From Candidatus Moranbacteria bacterium CG_4_9_14_3_um_filter_44_28 (GTDB lineage: Bacteria; Patescibacteriota; Minisyncoccia; Moranbacterales; UBA11712): 53,172 nucleotides of DNA. Location of the stretch: assembly GCA_002790655.1 (NCBI GenBank), contig PFVO01000018.1, positions 1 to 53,172 on the forward strand, given 5' to 3'. The notes below the pieces were generated by a model. That model worked only from the letters and a program-made list of their open reading frames with translations. It was not told the origin of the DNA and ran no database searches. This document shows positions 33,299-42,374 of this stretch, one piece after another; the first letter of the stretch is position 1; every line of letters begins with the position of its first letter. The position numbers and the translations under genes are program-made.

Positions 33299-34416
33299 TA
33301 GTTTTTATCGTTCGCAACAATTAGCATTTGGGCTATGCTACTCGCGCACCTCTCCCAGCTAAACCTCTTCACATTCTCCAATCCCTTTTCTATTATATCA
33401 TTTTTATAACTTTCATCCGAAATCAATTTATAAACTGCTTCCGTAACCGCGTTTATGTCTTTCGGATCCACTAAAACCGCCCCAACACCGGTCACTTCGG
33501 GCATTGAGGAAATATTCGACGTTACCACCGGCGTTCCGACTCTTTGCGCCTCGAGAATCGGCAAACCAAATCCCTCATAAAAAGTCGGGAACAAAAACAC
33601 ATCGGCATTTTTCAACAATTCCCACTTCTCCCCATCACTCACGTACCCAGCCAAAACAATATCTTCCTTATATTTGCTATTTGCTATTTTATATTTTATA
33701 TGATTTTCTCCGTACCCAAACTTCCCCGCAAGAATCAATTTGTGTGAAATATTATATTTGCTTTTCAGAATTTCAAAGGTTTTAATCATTCCACAGATAT
33801 TTTTACGTTCTTCTAATCTCCCAACAAACAGAAAATAAGGTTTGAAAATTTTGTCATTGAAAATTTTTTGAAAATTGAAAATTGAAAATTGAAAATTATT
33901 TTCGCTGATTCCTTCATATATCACTTCAATTTTCTCCTCCGGCACTTTATATAGCTTCATCAGATCCTTCTTCGTATTCTTACTCACCGCAATCACTTTC
34001 CGTGCCCACTGGCAAGATTTTTTTATCGACCAACGCATATATAGCTTTTGCCAAAACGAATAAGCTTTCGGACAAAATTCGTATTCAAGTCCGTGAATTG
34101 TGACAATCGTATTTTTTGGGTGAAAAATAGGAACTGTATGCGCTGGGACAAATAATGCGTCCGGCGAACTAAACAGCATCTCGAGCGACAGCCGAACCTG
34201 CGTCCAGAAAATCGGCGCGCGCAAAAATTTCAATTCCCAATTTTCCGGAAGATCAAAATTCATATGCTCTTTTCTGTTGATTTTTGGATTCAGATACAAA
34301 ATCACTTGCTCGTTTTTCAATTCATCTCGCAAGTGTTTGATAACCTGATAGGAATACTCTTCAATTCCGGTTTTGTTTTTCACGAACGCTCGTGAAGCAT
34401 CGATGCCGATAAGCAT
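33298..34416 (-). CDS. GT-B fold glycosyltransferase (family 4/1 type)
   Basis: LFPTFYEGFGLPILEAQRVGTPVV, FVGRLEERKN. 1-nt overlap with the downstream glycosyltransferase gene. Confidence 0.8.
   Translation of the reverse strand: MLIGIDASRAFVKNKTGIEEYSYQVIKHLRDELKNEQVILYLNPKINRKEHMNFDLPENWELKFLRAPIFWTQVRLSLEMLFSSPDALFVPAHTVPIFHPKNTIVTIHGLEYEFCPKAYSFWQKLYMRWSIKKSCQWARKVIAVSKNTKKDLMKLYKVPEEKIEVIYEGISENNFQFSIFNFQKIFNDKIFKPYFLFVGRLEERKNICGMIKTFEILKSKYNISHKLILAGKFGYGENHIKYKIANSKYKEDIVLAGYVSDGEKWELLKNADVFLFPTFYEGFGLPILEAQRVGTPVVTSNISSMPEVTGVGAVLVDPKDINAVTEAVYKLISDESYKNDIIEKGLENVKRFSWERCASSIAQMLIVANDKN
33868..33895. repeat. Perfect (TTGAAAA)x4 heptanucleotide tandem repeat inside the CDS
   Basis: Units at 33868-74, 33875-81, 33882-88 and 33889-95. 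Two further isolated ttgaaaa units lie at 33842 and 33857. Encodes ..FQFSIFNFQ.. on the minus strand. Confidence 0.9.
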
Positions 34417-34431
34417 AATATATTACAGCAA

Positions 34432-34520
34432 GCGAAAAATTAGAGTTTTTCAAGTAGGCTAACCTGTCCTGCGAAGCAGGCCAGAGCGCGATACTTTTAA
34501 AACTCTAATTTTTCGCGAGA
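34432..34520. repeat. TIR-bounded element, family P2, copy C (opposite orientation)
   Basis: Its reverse complement (cgcgaaaaattagagttttaaaagtatcgcgctctggcctgcttcgcaggacaggttagcctacttgaaaaactctaatttttcgc) aligns closely with copy A. Confidence 0.85.
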
Positions 34521-34570
34521 TAATTACCGGAATCCCTCGACGAGCTCGGGATGATTCCGCTACGGCGGAA

Positions 34571-35578
34571 TCATTTACTCATCATTATCGTCCTCTTGTA
34601 CATCTCTAAATTCTCAAGCGCGATGCCCGTTCCTTTGGCCACGCAAAGAAGCGGGTCATCGGCAACATAACATGGCACGCCGGTTGTCTTGGTAATCAAC
34701 TGATCAATGTGTTGGAGCAGCGCTCCGCCCCCGGACAAAATCATTCCCTTGTCAATCACATCGGCTGCCAGTTCCGGCGGAGTCTCCTGAAGAACCTTCT
34801 TGATTGTGTTGATAATCTCGCGAAGCTCATCTTGGATAGCCTCGGTGATTTCATTAGCGGAGACCCGAATAGTTTTAGGAAGACCGGCAATAAGATCTCG
34901 TCCTCTTACTTCAATATATTCGTCTTTAGTCTGGGGCATGGCGCTCCCGACTGCAATCTTTATCTCTTCAGCTGTCCTTTCCCCAATCGCAAGCCCATGT
35001 TTCTTTTTGATGAAATCAGCAATGGCTTGGTCAATCTTGTTTCCGCCCACTCGCGCGCTATGCGTCGCCACTACCCCGCCCAGCGAAATTATCGCCACTT
35101 CGCTTGTCCCCCCGCCAATATCAACAATCATATTCCCCGCCGCGCTGTTGATGGGAATTCCCGCCCCGATAGCCGCAAGAATCGGCTCCTTGACTACATA
35201 AGCCGTTTTGGCTCCAGCCTTGATTGTTGCGTCAACCACCGCTCTTCGCTCCGTCGAAGTCACGCCGGCCGGAATAGAAACAATTACCTCCGGACGAATC
35301 AAGCGAAAACCGCCGCTGACTTTATTTATGAAATAGCGAAGCATCGCTTCCGTAATCCGATAGTCCGCAATTACTCCGTCTTTCAGCGGTTTCATCGCTA
35401 CAATCGCTTCCGGCGTCCTGCCGAGCATTTCTTTGGCCTCATTACCAACGGCTAAAATTTTGTTGTCTATCATTGAAATCGCCACTACCGACGGTTCATT
35501 GACAACAATGCCCTTGCCCAGCAGGAAAACAAGAGTATTGGCCGTTCCCAAATCAATTCCGATTTTTTTGATAAACAC
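34571..35578 (-). CDS. mreB: Second MreB/Mbl-type actin homologue
   Basis: IGIDLGTANTLVF, MIVDIGGGTSEVAIISLGG, ILSGGGALLQHI. Confidence 0.85.
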   Translation of the reverse strand: MFIKKIGIDLGTANTLVFLLGKGIVVNEPSVVAISMIDNKILAVGNEAKEMLGRTPEAIVAMKPLKDGVIADYRITEAMLRYFINKVSGGFRLIRPEVIVSIPAGVTSTERRAVVDATIKAGAKTAYVVKEPILAAIGAGIPINSAAGNMIVDIGGGTSEVAIISLGGVVATHSARVGGNKIDQAIADFIKKKHGLAIGERTAEEIKIAVGSAMPQTKDEYIEVRGRDLIAGLPKTIRVSANEITEAIQDELREIINTIKKVLQETPPELAADVIDKGMILSGGGALLQHIDQLITKTTGVPCYVADDPLLCVAKGTGIALENLEMYKRTIMMSK

Positions 35579-35597
35579 AATAAAAATATCAAAAATT

Positions 35598-35720
35598 AAA
35601 AAGCAAAAAGCAAAAATACAAATTAAAAATGAAATATAATAAAATAAAAATCTACTAAGCTCAATTTCCGATTCTTTTTAATATTTTCTTTGTATTTTTA
35701 CTATTTGCTCTTTGCTATTT
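35598..35720. repeat. AT-armed palindromic intergenic element (P3-like)
   Basis: aaaaagcaaaaagcaaaaatacaaa (35598-35622) mirrors tttgtatttttactatttgctctttgctattt (35689-35720). Confidence 0.65.
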
Positions 35721-35741
35721 AATATAACATGTAATAAACAA

Positions 35742-37022
35742 TTATTTTCTTCTCGTTATATTAGCCCCGAGTTTCTGCAATCGTTCTTCAATGCGTTCAT
35801 ATCCTCTGTCAATCTGATATATATTTTCAATCCTCGTTTTCCCTTCGGCGATCAGTCCCGCGAGGACCAGCGTAATTCCCGCCCGCAAATCAGGACTGGC
35901 AATTTTGCGGCCATGCAGTTTCGTTTTCCCGTGAACCGTTGCCCGGTGCGAGTCATGCATTATGATATCCGCCCCCATCAAATTCAAAATGTCCGTGAAC
36001 ATCAGCCGGCCGTCAAAAATCGCGTCATGAACAAGACTGGCTCCGTGAGCCTGCGTCATAAGGAGCGTAAAGGGAGGCTGGAGATCCGTCGCAAATCCCG
36101 GATACTCATGAGTAACAATATTCACCGGTTTCAAATTTTTCGCGCCCCAGACAATCAACTCGTCTTTTTTTTCTTCAAACCTCACACCCGCTCTTTCAAG
36201 ATTCACAAGCAGCGCCCGAATATGATCCGGGTCGCATTTTTTGATCTTTATCCTGCTGCCGGCGAGCGCTCCGAGAATGGCGAACGTTCCCGTTTCAATT
36301 CTGTCCGGAATCAACTTCAGAATTCCGCCACCGATTTTCTTCAATCCTTTAATTATGATCGTCGGCGTTCCCGCCCCTCTTATTTTCGCGCCGCATTTAT
36401 TGAGAAACTCCGCCAGCATCGGAATTTCCGGTTCCATCGCCGCGTTCTCCAAAATCGTTTCTCCGTCCGCTAAAACGGCTGTCATCATCGTTGTTTCCGT
36501 CCCGGTCACCGTAATTTTCGGAAAAAATATCTTCGCGCCCCGCAGTTTCTTCGCGCTTATTCTGAAATGCTCATTTTGCCATTTTACTTTCGCTCCAAAT
36601 TTTTGGAACCCATCCAAAAACATATCAATCGGGCGTTTTCCAATCACGCACCCGCCCGGATGATGCATCCGCACTTCGCCCATCCTTGCTAAAACCGGAC
36701 CAGCCAAAATGATCGACGCCCGCAATTTTTTCGTGAGTTTATCGTTTAATCTGCTTTTCTTGATTTCCTTCGCCTGAATTTCGACCCAACTTCTCTCCCC
36801 ATCTCTCTTATTTCCCCGATCCCCCCGATTTACCTTCACTCCCAAATCTTCCACCATCTCCAAAATCCGATTTGTGTCTTCTATAAAGGGAAAATTCGCA
36901 ATAACCCATTTCTCTTTGGAAAGCAAAGCCGCCGCGACAGCCTTGAGCGCCGCGTTCTTGGCCCCCTTAACCTCAATTTCTCCGTTCAATTTTCTCCCGC
37001 CGATTATTTCAAAATAGGACAT
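35742..37022 (-). CDS. murA: UDP-N-acetylglucosamine 1-carboxyvinyltransferase
   Basis: GAKNAALK, active-site Cys context HHPGGCVIGKRPID, C-terminal IDRGYERIEERLQKLGA. ATG 37022 (MSYFEIIGG) is preferred to the TTG at 37085. Short insert at 36799-36830. Confidence 0.9.
   Translation of the reverse strand: MSYFEIIGGRKLNGEIEVKGAKNAALKAVAAALLSKEKWVIANFPFIEDTNRILEMVEDLGVKVNRGDRGNKRDGERSWVEIQAKEIKKSRLNDKLTKKLRASIILAGPVLARMGEVRMHHPGGCVIGKRPIDMFLDGFQKFGAKVKWQNEHFRISAKKLRGAKIFFPKITVTGTETTMMTAVLADGETILENAAMEPEIPMLAEFLNKCGAKIRGAGTPTIIIKGLKKIGGGILKLIPDRIETGTFAILGALAGSRIKIKKCDPDHIRALLVNLERAGVRFEEKKDELIVWGAKNLKPVNIVTHEYPGFATDLQPPFTLLMTQAHGASLVHDAIFDGRLMFTDILNLMGADIIMHDSHRATVHGKTKLHGRKIASPDLRAGITLVLAGLIAEGKTRIENIYQIDRGYERIEERLQKLGANITRRK
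36799..36830. repeat. Short shared insert, family P8, in the murA CDS
   Basis: ccatctctcttatttccccgatccccccgatt encodes NRGDRGNKRDGE, at a position where E. coli MurA (from memory) has only a short loop. Confidence 0.6.
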
Positions 37023-37343
37023 AATTGGAAGTTTTTTAGCATTGTCATTATAAATTAAACTTTCGATATTATCAACCCAAAACAAAAACCCGCCTTAGAG
37101 AGACGGGCATATTGTCAAATATTGCCAATTGGCTAAAAGTAAGGACATCTTACTTTTTAATTTTAAACACTTTTTTGTGTTTTTATTTCACCCTTCGTCG
37201 CTGCAATTTCTGGGCTCATCCTTTACTATCGCTTAGCCCAAAAATTTTAGCGGGATTTTATGTATTCTTTTATTAAAGAGCAGATTTGTTTTTTTCTACA
37301 TCACATCATTTTATATTAATTATTAAACCCTCCCATCATTTAT

Positions 37344-37417
37344 CCCTCACCAGTTTTTTCATCTTTCCCGCACACTAGTGTTCATCTGTTAAACGAGATG
37401 AAAGAAACTGGTGAGGG
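37344..37417. repeat. Long hairpin straddling the 3' end of the CAP-domain gene
   Basis: ccctcaccagttttttcatct (37344-37364) pairs with agatgaaagaaactggtgaggg (37396-37417), 21 bp with one bulge. The stop codon at 37375-37377 lies in the loop. Confidence 0.8.
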
Positions 37418-38724
37418 GCGAGTCCCAAATTATTCCTCACCGCTTCCCTTCCTGATTCGGCTGCGAAAACTTTTTGCGACGCCATAGCGGAGGCAAATAT
37501 GCCGACTATGTCAAAACCATTGTTGGGCTGAAAATAATAACCTGAAAGATTAACTTCCCCAAAAGCTTTGTTGCCAGCTTCGTCTTCCACCTTCAGTGAT
37601 ACCGAGAGCCAATCCTGTTTCGGAAAGACATGGATAAATTTCCCCGAACTGGCAAAAGTTTTTTCCGGCCCGACCTCGAAGACGCAGTTCGGTTTATTAG
37701 AGCGCACTTTGATAGCCACCTCCCTTTGTGATTCAGTCGCAAAAAGCTGGTATTCTATTTTCGGTCTGGTCGCATCAACGACAAAACCTACGTCTGATTT
37801 GGAAACATGAATTTCCTTTTTCCCGCCAGCGATAATTTCACTTTCAGTCTTAAATACATGTTCCCCTTCCTCGAGATTGGAAATTTTCGCCTTAAACCAT
37901 CCTTTGTCGTCAGACAGAGAAACCGCAACCAATTCGCCGCGATCAAAAAGACTGATTTTTGAGCCGGGTTTCGCTCGTCCAAACACCTCGGCCGTCCTGC
38001 TTGGCATACTTTCGCCTGATTGGGGACTGGTTATCACGGGTTTGTTGAAAAAAAAGCTGTTGTTTCCCTGGCCGTTTTCTTCACTGATTGGCAATTTCGG
38101 AATGACGATTTTTTCTTCTTCTTGTTTCTGCTCTCTGGTTTCAACATTTTTCTCTTCAGGTACCGGCATATTCTTGTCCCCGGAACCAAATATTTGGACA
38201 ACGACAATTGTCTTATTGCCATTGATGATTCCTTCTTTCACCGCCACTCCTATCTCTTTGTATTTTTCGTTCAGAATGTTCGCTCTGTGGGTTGAGCTTG
38301 CGAGCCAGGCTTTGTTCATCTTTTCCACCGAAACAAAATCCATCGCCAGATTTTCACCGGCATAGTTATAATCATAATTCTCCTTTTCGATCCAGTGCCA
38401 GGGGGTCGCTCTGTCGGGCGCGGTGTGGGAAAAATAGTCGTCGGCAATCATATCCCCGGCTTTCGCCATCGCCGCCCTTGCCAGTTTTTCATTCTCAACC
38501 AAATCGCCGACCCCTTTTTCTCTTCGGTCAGCATTGGCAAGACCAATGACTTTTTGAATCGTAATATCAGAAGCATAAGCCGGAGCAGAAACAGCACCGA
38601 AAGCAAGAATGGAAATCGCCACTGTTGCAACACAAAAAATTGCCAGAATTTTCTCCGGGTTATTTTTTGAGCTCACCCTATTAATCTGACTCACCCTTCT
38701 CACCCAAAATAGAATTTCAATCAT
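37375..38724 (-). CDS. Membrane-anchored or secreted CAP/SCP (YkwD-like) domain protein with a beta-rich C-terminal region
   Basis: DYFSHTAPDRATPW, YAGENLA, SSTHRANIL, and hydrophobic ILAIFCVATVAISILAFGAVSAPAYA. The start is uncertain; an in-frame GTG at VSSKNN would give a cleaner signal peptide. Confidence 0.7.
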   Translation of the reverse strand: MIEILFWVRRVSQINRVSSKNNPEKILAIFCVATVAISILAFGAVSAPAYASDITIQKVIGLANADRREKGVGDLVENEKLARAAMAKAGDMIADDYFSHTAPDRATPWHWIEKENYDYNYAGENLAMDFVSVEKMNKAWLASSTHRANILNEKYKEIGVAVKEGIINGNKTIVVVQIFGSGDKNMPVPEEKNVETREQKQEEEKIVIPKLPISEENGQGNNSFFFNKPVITSPQSGESMPSRTAEVFGRAKPGSKISLFDRGELVAVSLSDDKGWFKAKISNLEEGEHVFKTESEIIAGGKKEIHVSKSDVGFVVDATRPKIEYQLFATESQREVAIKVRSNKPNCVFEVGPEKTFASSGKFIHVFPKQDWLSVSLKVEDEAGNKAFGEVNLSGYYFQPNNGFDIVGIFASAMASQKVFAAESGREAVRNNLGLAPHQFLSSRLTDEH

Positions 38725-38781
38725 TCAACGCACGAGCTCACCCCACTCTAAAATAAATACGATGCTAATCTACTAATCTTA

Positions 38782-38856
38782 TGCTAATCAACGAATTGTG
38801 AATCTACGAATAATTTATTCGTGATTCGTAGATTGGCATTCATTCGTTGATTCGCA
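38782..38856. repeat. Imperfect 75-bp palindrome
   Basis: tgctaatcaacgaattgtgaatctacgaata mirrors tattcgtgattcgtagattggcattcattcgttgattcgca. Confidence 0.7.
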
Positions 38857-38904
38857 TCACATATACAAAAAAGTGATTCACACCCAAGTAAATCACCCTT
38901 CTTG

Positions 38905-38944
38905 CCCCGTGAAATTGCCACGAAGCGGCACTATTTCATCGGGG
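38905..38944. repeat. Nested-hairpin element, family P6, intergenic copy
   Basis: ccccgtgaaattgccacgaagcggcactatttcatcgggg. Same architecture and 21/27 identity with the 5' half of the insert in the aminotransferase gene. Confidence 0.7.
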
Positions 38945-39063
38945 TGCAAAACCCCCAAATATTGGATTCTGCGCTACTATTACTATTACTATTATATAAC
39001 CTTTTTTCTTCTTAGTCAATCGAAAATCCAGAAAATACGGATCAAAGACTTGACAAATTCAAA

Positions 39064-40422
39064 TTAGTAATTTTTCAATATTTTTTTGAACTCATCCGCG
39101 TAGCGAAGTACCCGATCCGAATACCAGGAATAATTTTCCCAATTCGCGCCAGCCAGGTATATTCCCGCCGCTTTCGCCCAGGCCTTGCGGTCTCCCGAGG
39201 TTACTCCGTCAACCGCCGCGAGTTTGAGTCCCATTGCCACCATTGAATCTTTAATGTCCCACGGATTGGCCGGACTTTCGCCCGTCAATTTTTCCACTTT
39301 GCTTTTATATCCCATCCAAGTGCTCGGCAAAAACTGGGCCGGCCCCATCGCGCCGCCCCAGCCTCCGCAACCATCATCCGAATCGCGATTATAACAAGCT
39401 CTCCTTGAAACTGGAGTTTTCCCCGGGTCAATTCCCAGTTCATTGCAAACTTTTTTGAAAGTATCCCATTGAGCCGGATTCATGTCTGTCTTATACCGTC
39501 CCCCGCCAACATTGGTTCCCAGACCGGATTCCACCCGCAATACCCCCAGCAGAAATTCCGGAGCGACGCTTGTAATCCCCGAAGCATACTTGGCCGCCCG
39601 TACCGCTTCTTCAATGGCAATCGGCTCGCCCAGTGACTGAAGCATATTGAGCTCCGCCTGAAGCTTATCCATTTTTTGCTCGAGGGCCTGCTTTTCATTT
39701 TGTATCTGCGACACCAGAATATCCTTCATTTCTTTTTCCTGCCCCAGAGACCGCTCCTGGTCTTTTTGCATGTAGCGAAGAGTTTCCTTTTCGGCTTTTT
39801 TGTCCAGCAAATCTTTTTTTTGTCTTTTCAACTCATCTCTTATGCCAACCAGCTGATTATAAACTTCCATCGTCTGGCCTTCAAAGTTCTCCAGTCCTTC
39901 TACTTTCGAAAAATAATCCGAGAAACTTTGATTGCTGAAAATAATTTCTGATGTGATATCATCCCCCTTTTCGTAAAGTTCCTGCAAAAATTTCGCGAGC
40001 ATCTCTCTTTTTACCACAACTTTCTTTTCCATTTCGTCAATTTCCGTTTGCTTTTGCGAAATATCCAAATCGAGCTGATTGATTACCAGTTCCGTCTCCT
40101 GTATCTGCAGTTCGATTTTTTTGATATCGGTTTCCAGTATTTCGATGTCATTTGAAACCGACTGTTCCTTTTGATTTTTTTCAAAAATATTCTGTTGGTA
40201 ACCGCTGATTTGATTTCGCAAATTCTCAATTCTGCTTTTCAATTCTTCTCTTTGAACTTCCTTATTGTCCTGTGCGGCAAAAGTAGCAGAAAAAACAATT
40301 AATAAACCAGTAAGAACAGACACAAATAATTTAAAGCGTCTAGAACTTAAAAATTTAGAATTGATTTGAAATTTGTTAGGCTTTTGCCTTTGGCAAAAGG
40401 GATGGTATAGCCAATTTGACAT
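39064..40422 (-). CDS. Coiled-coil protein with a C-terminal lytic transglycosylase-like domain
   Basis: N-terminal hydrophobic segment, about 230 aa of coiled coil, then LLGVLRVESGLGTNVGG (catalytic Glu context) and GAMGPAQFLPSTW. The first 20 or so codons of the track ORF are a translation of repeat P5, so the true start is uncertain. Confidence 0.7.
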   Translation of the reverse strand: MSNWLYHPFCQRQKPNKFQINSKFLSSRRFKLFVSVLTGLLIVFSATFAAQDNKEVQREELKSRIENLRNQISGYQQNIFEKNQKEQSVSNDIEILETDIKKIELQIQETELVINQLDLDISQKQTEIDEMEKKVVVKREMLAKFLQELYEKGDDITSEIIFSNQSFSDYFSKVEGLENFEGQTMEVYNQLVGIRDELKRQKKDLLDKKAEKETLRYMQKDQERSLGQEKEMKDILVSQIQNEKQALEQKMDKLQAELNMLQSLGEPIAIEEAVRAAKYASGITSVAPEFLLGVLRVESGLGTNVGGGRYKTDMNPAQWDTFKKVCNELGIDPGKTPVSRRACYNRDSDDGCGGWGGAMGPAQFLPSTWMGYKSKVEKLTGESPANPWDIKDSMVAMGLKLAAVDGVTSGDRKAWAKAAGIYLAGANWENYSWYSDRVLRYADEFKKILKNY

Positions 40423-40430
40423 TTGAAATT
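40361..40430. repeat. 70-nt conserved intergenic element, family P5, copy 2
   Basis: 63/70 identical to 4489-4558, with the same cttttgcc-ttt-ggcaaaag hairpin. Confidence 0.85.
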
Positions 40431-40452
40431 ATTCTTAATTATACATCACCCC

Positions 40453-40489
40453 AACAAAAAACACCCGACATCGTATTCCAGATATCGGG
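40453..40489 (-). terminator. Intrinsic terminator after rplY
   Basis: The minus strand reads cccgatat-ctggaatacg-atgtcggg followed by tgttttttgtt. Confidence 0.65.
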
Positions 40490-40504
40490 CGTGCAAAATT
40501 CCCT

Positions 40505-41233
40505 TTATTGCTTTTTCTCATCCTCTTTTCCTTTTTCTTCTTTTTCTTTCCCTTCTTTTTCTTCTTTTGCTTCAGCTTCTGCTCCCTTTTCTTCTTCCGG
40601 CTTTTCCTCTTTGACAACGCCTTCAACCTGCGCCACGTCTTCTTTGACTTCTGTCTCGAGTTCCGCTAATTCCTCTTCGGATCTCGGAGGCGATACCATT
40701 GCCACAACTGTTTCAGGATCAATGAGCAACTCAACTTTTTTCGATATCTTGAGATCCTTCACGTAAATATAATCGTCGAAAGTCTTGAGCCTGCTCACGT
40801 CAACCACGATTTTAGGCGGCAAATCCCCCGGCAAACATTTCACCTCAATCTCATCCACATTTTTTACCAAAACGCCGCCTAGATCTTTTACCGTCGGCGC
40901 CTCTCCGATAAACTCCACTTCCACCATTGCTTCAATTTCCTCGTCCATCCGAACCTGATAAAAATCGGCGTGAATCGGTCTTCCATCCAGAATATCCCTC
41001 TGCGCTTCTTTCACAATCACGTTGCGCTCATCTTTTCCCTCCAGTGAAAGTTTGAATACTGTACTTTCCCCAACCTGGGAATAAATGTCTTGAAAATCTT
41101 TGTTTTTGATACGCACCAAAATATTTTCAATTCCTTTGCCATATAAAACAGCTGGGATTGTTTCCTTATCCCTTTTTGATTTCTTCTTATTCTTTTCGCG
41201 CTTGGTTGCGTCTAATATAAGTGCTGATGTCAT
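40505..41233 (-). CDS. rplY: 50S ribosomal protein L25 / general stress protein Ctc form
   Basis: IPAVLYGKG, two-domain length, plus an acidic/Lys-rich C-terminal tail. Confidence 0.85.
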   Translation of the reverse strand: MTSALILDATKREKNKKKSKRDKETIPAVLYGKGIENILVRIKNKDFQDIYSQVGESTVFKLSLEGKDERNVIVKEAQRDILDGRPIHADFYQVRMDEEIEAMVEVEFIGEAPTVKDLGGVLVKNVDEIEVKCLPGDLPPKIVVDVSRLKTFDDYIYVKDLKISKKVELLIDPETVVAMVSPPRSEEELAELETEVKEDVAQVEGVVKEEKPEEEKGAEAEAKEEKEGKEKEEKGKEDEKKQ

Positions 41234-41285
41234 TTTCCAGTCAGATTAAGACACTTCCAGATAATATCAAAAAACCGCCGGGCCG

Positions 41286-42374
41286 TCAACCTCTTGCGCT
41301 TCCTCTATAAACACTTTGAACTATGCCCATCATAACCATGGTCGTAAAGAGAGAGCTGCCTCCGTAGCTCAAAAACGGCAGGGGAACTCCTGTTACGGGC
41401 ATAATGCTAATATTCATTCCGATATTGATGATTACCTGAACAAATATAACTACCACAAAAGAGCTTACCAGGAGTTTTCCAAAATTATCAGAACTATTCT
41501 GGGCAATCAAAATCATCCTCAAAAGAATCACCGCAAATAAAATCAGGACAAAAAGAGCCCCGCCTAATCCCATCTCCTCGGCAATAACAGCAAAAATGAA
41601 ATCCGTGTGTTTCTCTGGAAGAAAATTGAGCTGTGACTGCGAGCCATGGCCCAATCCTTTTCCCCAAATCCCGCCCGAACCTACTGCGACGGTTGATTGA
41701 ATGACGTTATAGCCCGCGCCAAGCGGATCGCTCAAGGGATTAAAAACGGTTCTTATCCTGTTTTTCTGATAATCTTTAAGAAAATATCCCCAGCTGACAA
41801 AAGCCAGAATGAGGCCAATCACAAACAGAATGAGGAGATGCTTTTTTTTCACTCCGCTCACGAGAAGAATACTAATCCATATAGCCAGAATGATTATTGC
41901 CGATCCCAAATCAGGTTGCATAAGAATCAGCACCAGAGAAAAGGCCAGCGGAACCAAGGATATAAATATATGCTTTGGCTCATGAATCGTTCTTGAGTGA
42001 ACGGAAAAATATTTAGCCAGTGCTATGGCAATAATCATCTTGAATAGTTCTGCCGGTTGAATATGAATTCCATAAAAATCAAGCCAGCCTGTGGTACCAC
42101 GAATAACTTTCCCAAAAATTAATACCAAAAACAATAAAAAAAGACCTACTAAAAATAAAACCTTAGAATAGCTCTTGAGCCCGCGGTAATCAAAAAAAGA
42201 AAACAAAAAGAAAACGACGAGACCAACGCCGGCATACATCAGCTGGCGGAAAAAGTGATCCTGGCTCGTATCCTTCCCGTCATAACTAATCGGATAAAGA
42301 ACAGCCAAGCCCAGCGTAACAAGCAGTATTGTTGATATAAATAACAGCCAGTCAAGTTTGAAGATTTTTCTCAT
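41286..42374 (-). CDS. rodA: SEDS-family peptidoglycan polymerase RodA/FtsW
   Basis: About 10 TM helices, QPAELFK, LPEKHTDFIFAVIAEEMG, PVTGVPLPFLSYGGSS. Confidence 0.85.
   Translation of the reverse strand: MRKIFKLDWLLFISTILLVTLGLAVLYPISYDGKDTSQDHFFRQLMYAGVGLVVFFLFSFFDYRGLKSYSKVLFLVGLFLLFLVLIFGKVIRGTTGWLDFYGIHIQPAELFKMIIAIALAKYFSVHSRTIHEPKHIFISLVPLAFSLVLILMQPDLGSAIIILAIWISILLVSGVKKKHLLILFVIGLILAFVSWGYFLKDYQKNRIRTVFNPLSDPLGAGYNVIQSTVAVGSGGIWGKGLGHGSQSQLNFLPEKHTDFIFAVIAEEMGLGGALFVLILFAVILLRMILIAQNSSDNFGKLLVSSFVVVIFVQVIINIGMNISIMPVTGVPLPFLSYGGSSLFTTMVMMGIVQSVYRGSARG

Noticed and set aside
38975-38992. (TACTAT)x3 microsatellite as a phase-variation tract
   Set aside because: It has only three units, is intergenic, has a unit length that is a multiple of three, and shows no obvious link to a promoter spacer.
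40505-40626. Glu/Lys-rich C-terminal tail of L25 (and the mirror-image Lys-rich antisense ORFs) as a repeat insertion
   Set aside because: There is no DNA palindrome or similarity to the repeat families. Charged low-complexity tails are common on Ctc-form L25 proteins.
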